Assembly: GCA_965637545.1 (NCBI GenBank)
Contig: OZ281498.1
Coordinates: 13,144,001-13,208,000, forward strand
Source of the DNA: Phallusia mammillata
Taxonomy: Eukaryota
DNA: 64,000 nucleotides
Direction: 5' to 3'
The position numbers were made by a program, and so were the translations under genes. A model generated the notes under the pieces. The model did not search any database. It worked only from the letters and a program-made list of their open reading frames with translations, and was not told the DNA's origin. Of this stretch, positions 63,631 through 64,000 are shown piece after piece. How positions within the stretch are numbered: position 1 is the first letter of the stretch; each line of letters starts with the position of its first letter.

Positions 63631-64000
63631 TGGGAAATTTTAAAGAGAAAGTTACCGAGCAACGCTGAATAGTATTATAACCACAGGCGTAGTTTTAAAT
63701 ATCGGGGGTGTTTACGTGCATTAGCCTGCTGTTTCTGCCACGTTATCATGCAAATATTCACTTGAAACAATTTCCTCGTTCGATAAAAGTAAAAGCTATT
63801 CATCACGTTTTCAAATACAGCCCACTTTGTACTGTTGACGCCAAAACTTTGGTCACATCGGATCAAGTTTAGGTCGTTGCAGTACATTGCAAACGGACAT
63901 TAAACACGGGTTTAGAATCATTAACACACACCACACCACACTTAAGATGGATACTAAATGCGGCTCGCTTTGTTTAATGTTGGCGCAATTTATTAACAAA

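Overview
Eukaryotic, intron-rich, AT-rich animal genomic DNA. It is probably from an invertebrate deuterostome such as a tunicate (inferred from intron sizes, transposon families and chordate-like proteins; not proven). No prokaryotic features, rRNA, tRNA or CRISPR arrays were found. The window is dominated by a + strand DOCK9/10/11 (zizimin, DOCK-D) Cdc42-GEF gene. I traced 43 frame-consistent GT-AG exons by hand from 13621 to 63231 (5785 nt, about 1928 codons; the gene runs off the right edge). Its two largest introns each host an antisense gene: a single-coding-exon secreted collagen/C1q (otolin-like) protein with a 12-Cys module (30571-32598), and a two-exon, 323-aa disordered protein I do not recognise (54746-56119). 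A calmodulin-like EF-hand gene lies divergently at the left edge. Between the two genes is a 5'-truncated CR1/L2-group LINE. Its duplicated 3'UTR is split by a 4.4-kb near-perfect palindromic foldback element (5781-10209) with CAC..GTG ends, a 7-bp target-site duplication, about 1.65-kb arms carrying decayed exons, and a 199-bp satellite that flips orientation at the axis. Also present: a Helentron/DINE-1-like element with 158-bp internal repeats, several MITEs, perfect hairpins, and candidate DOCK microexons, including a frame-compensating pair. All coordinates were counted by hand; no database searches were run.
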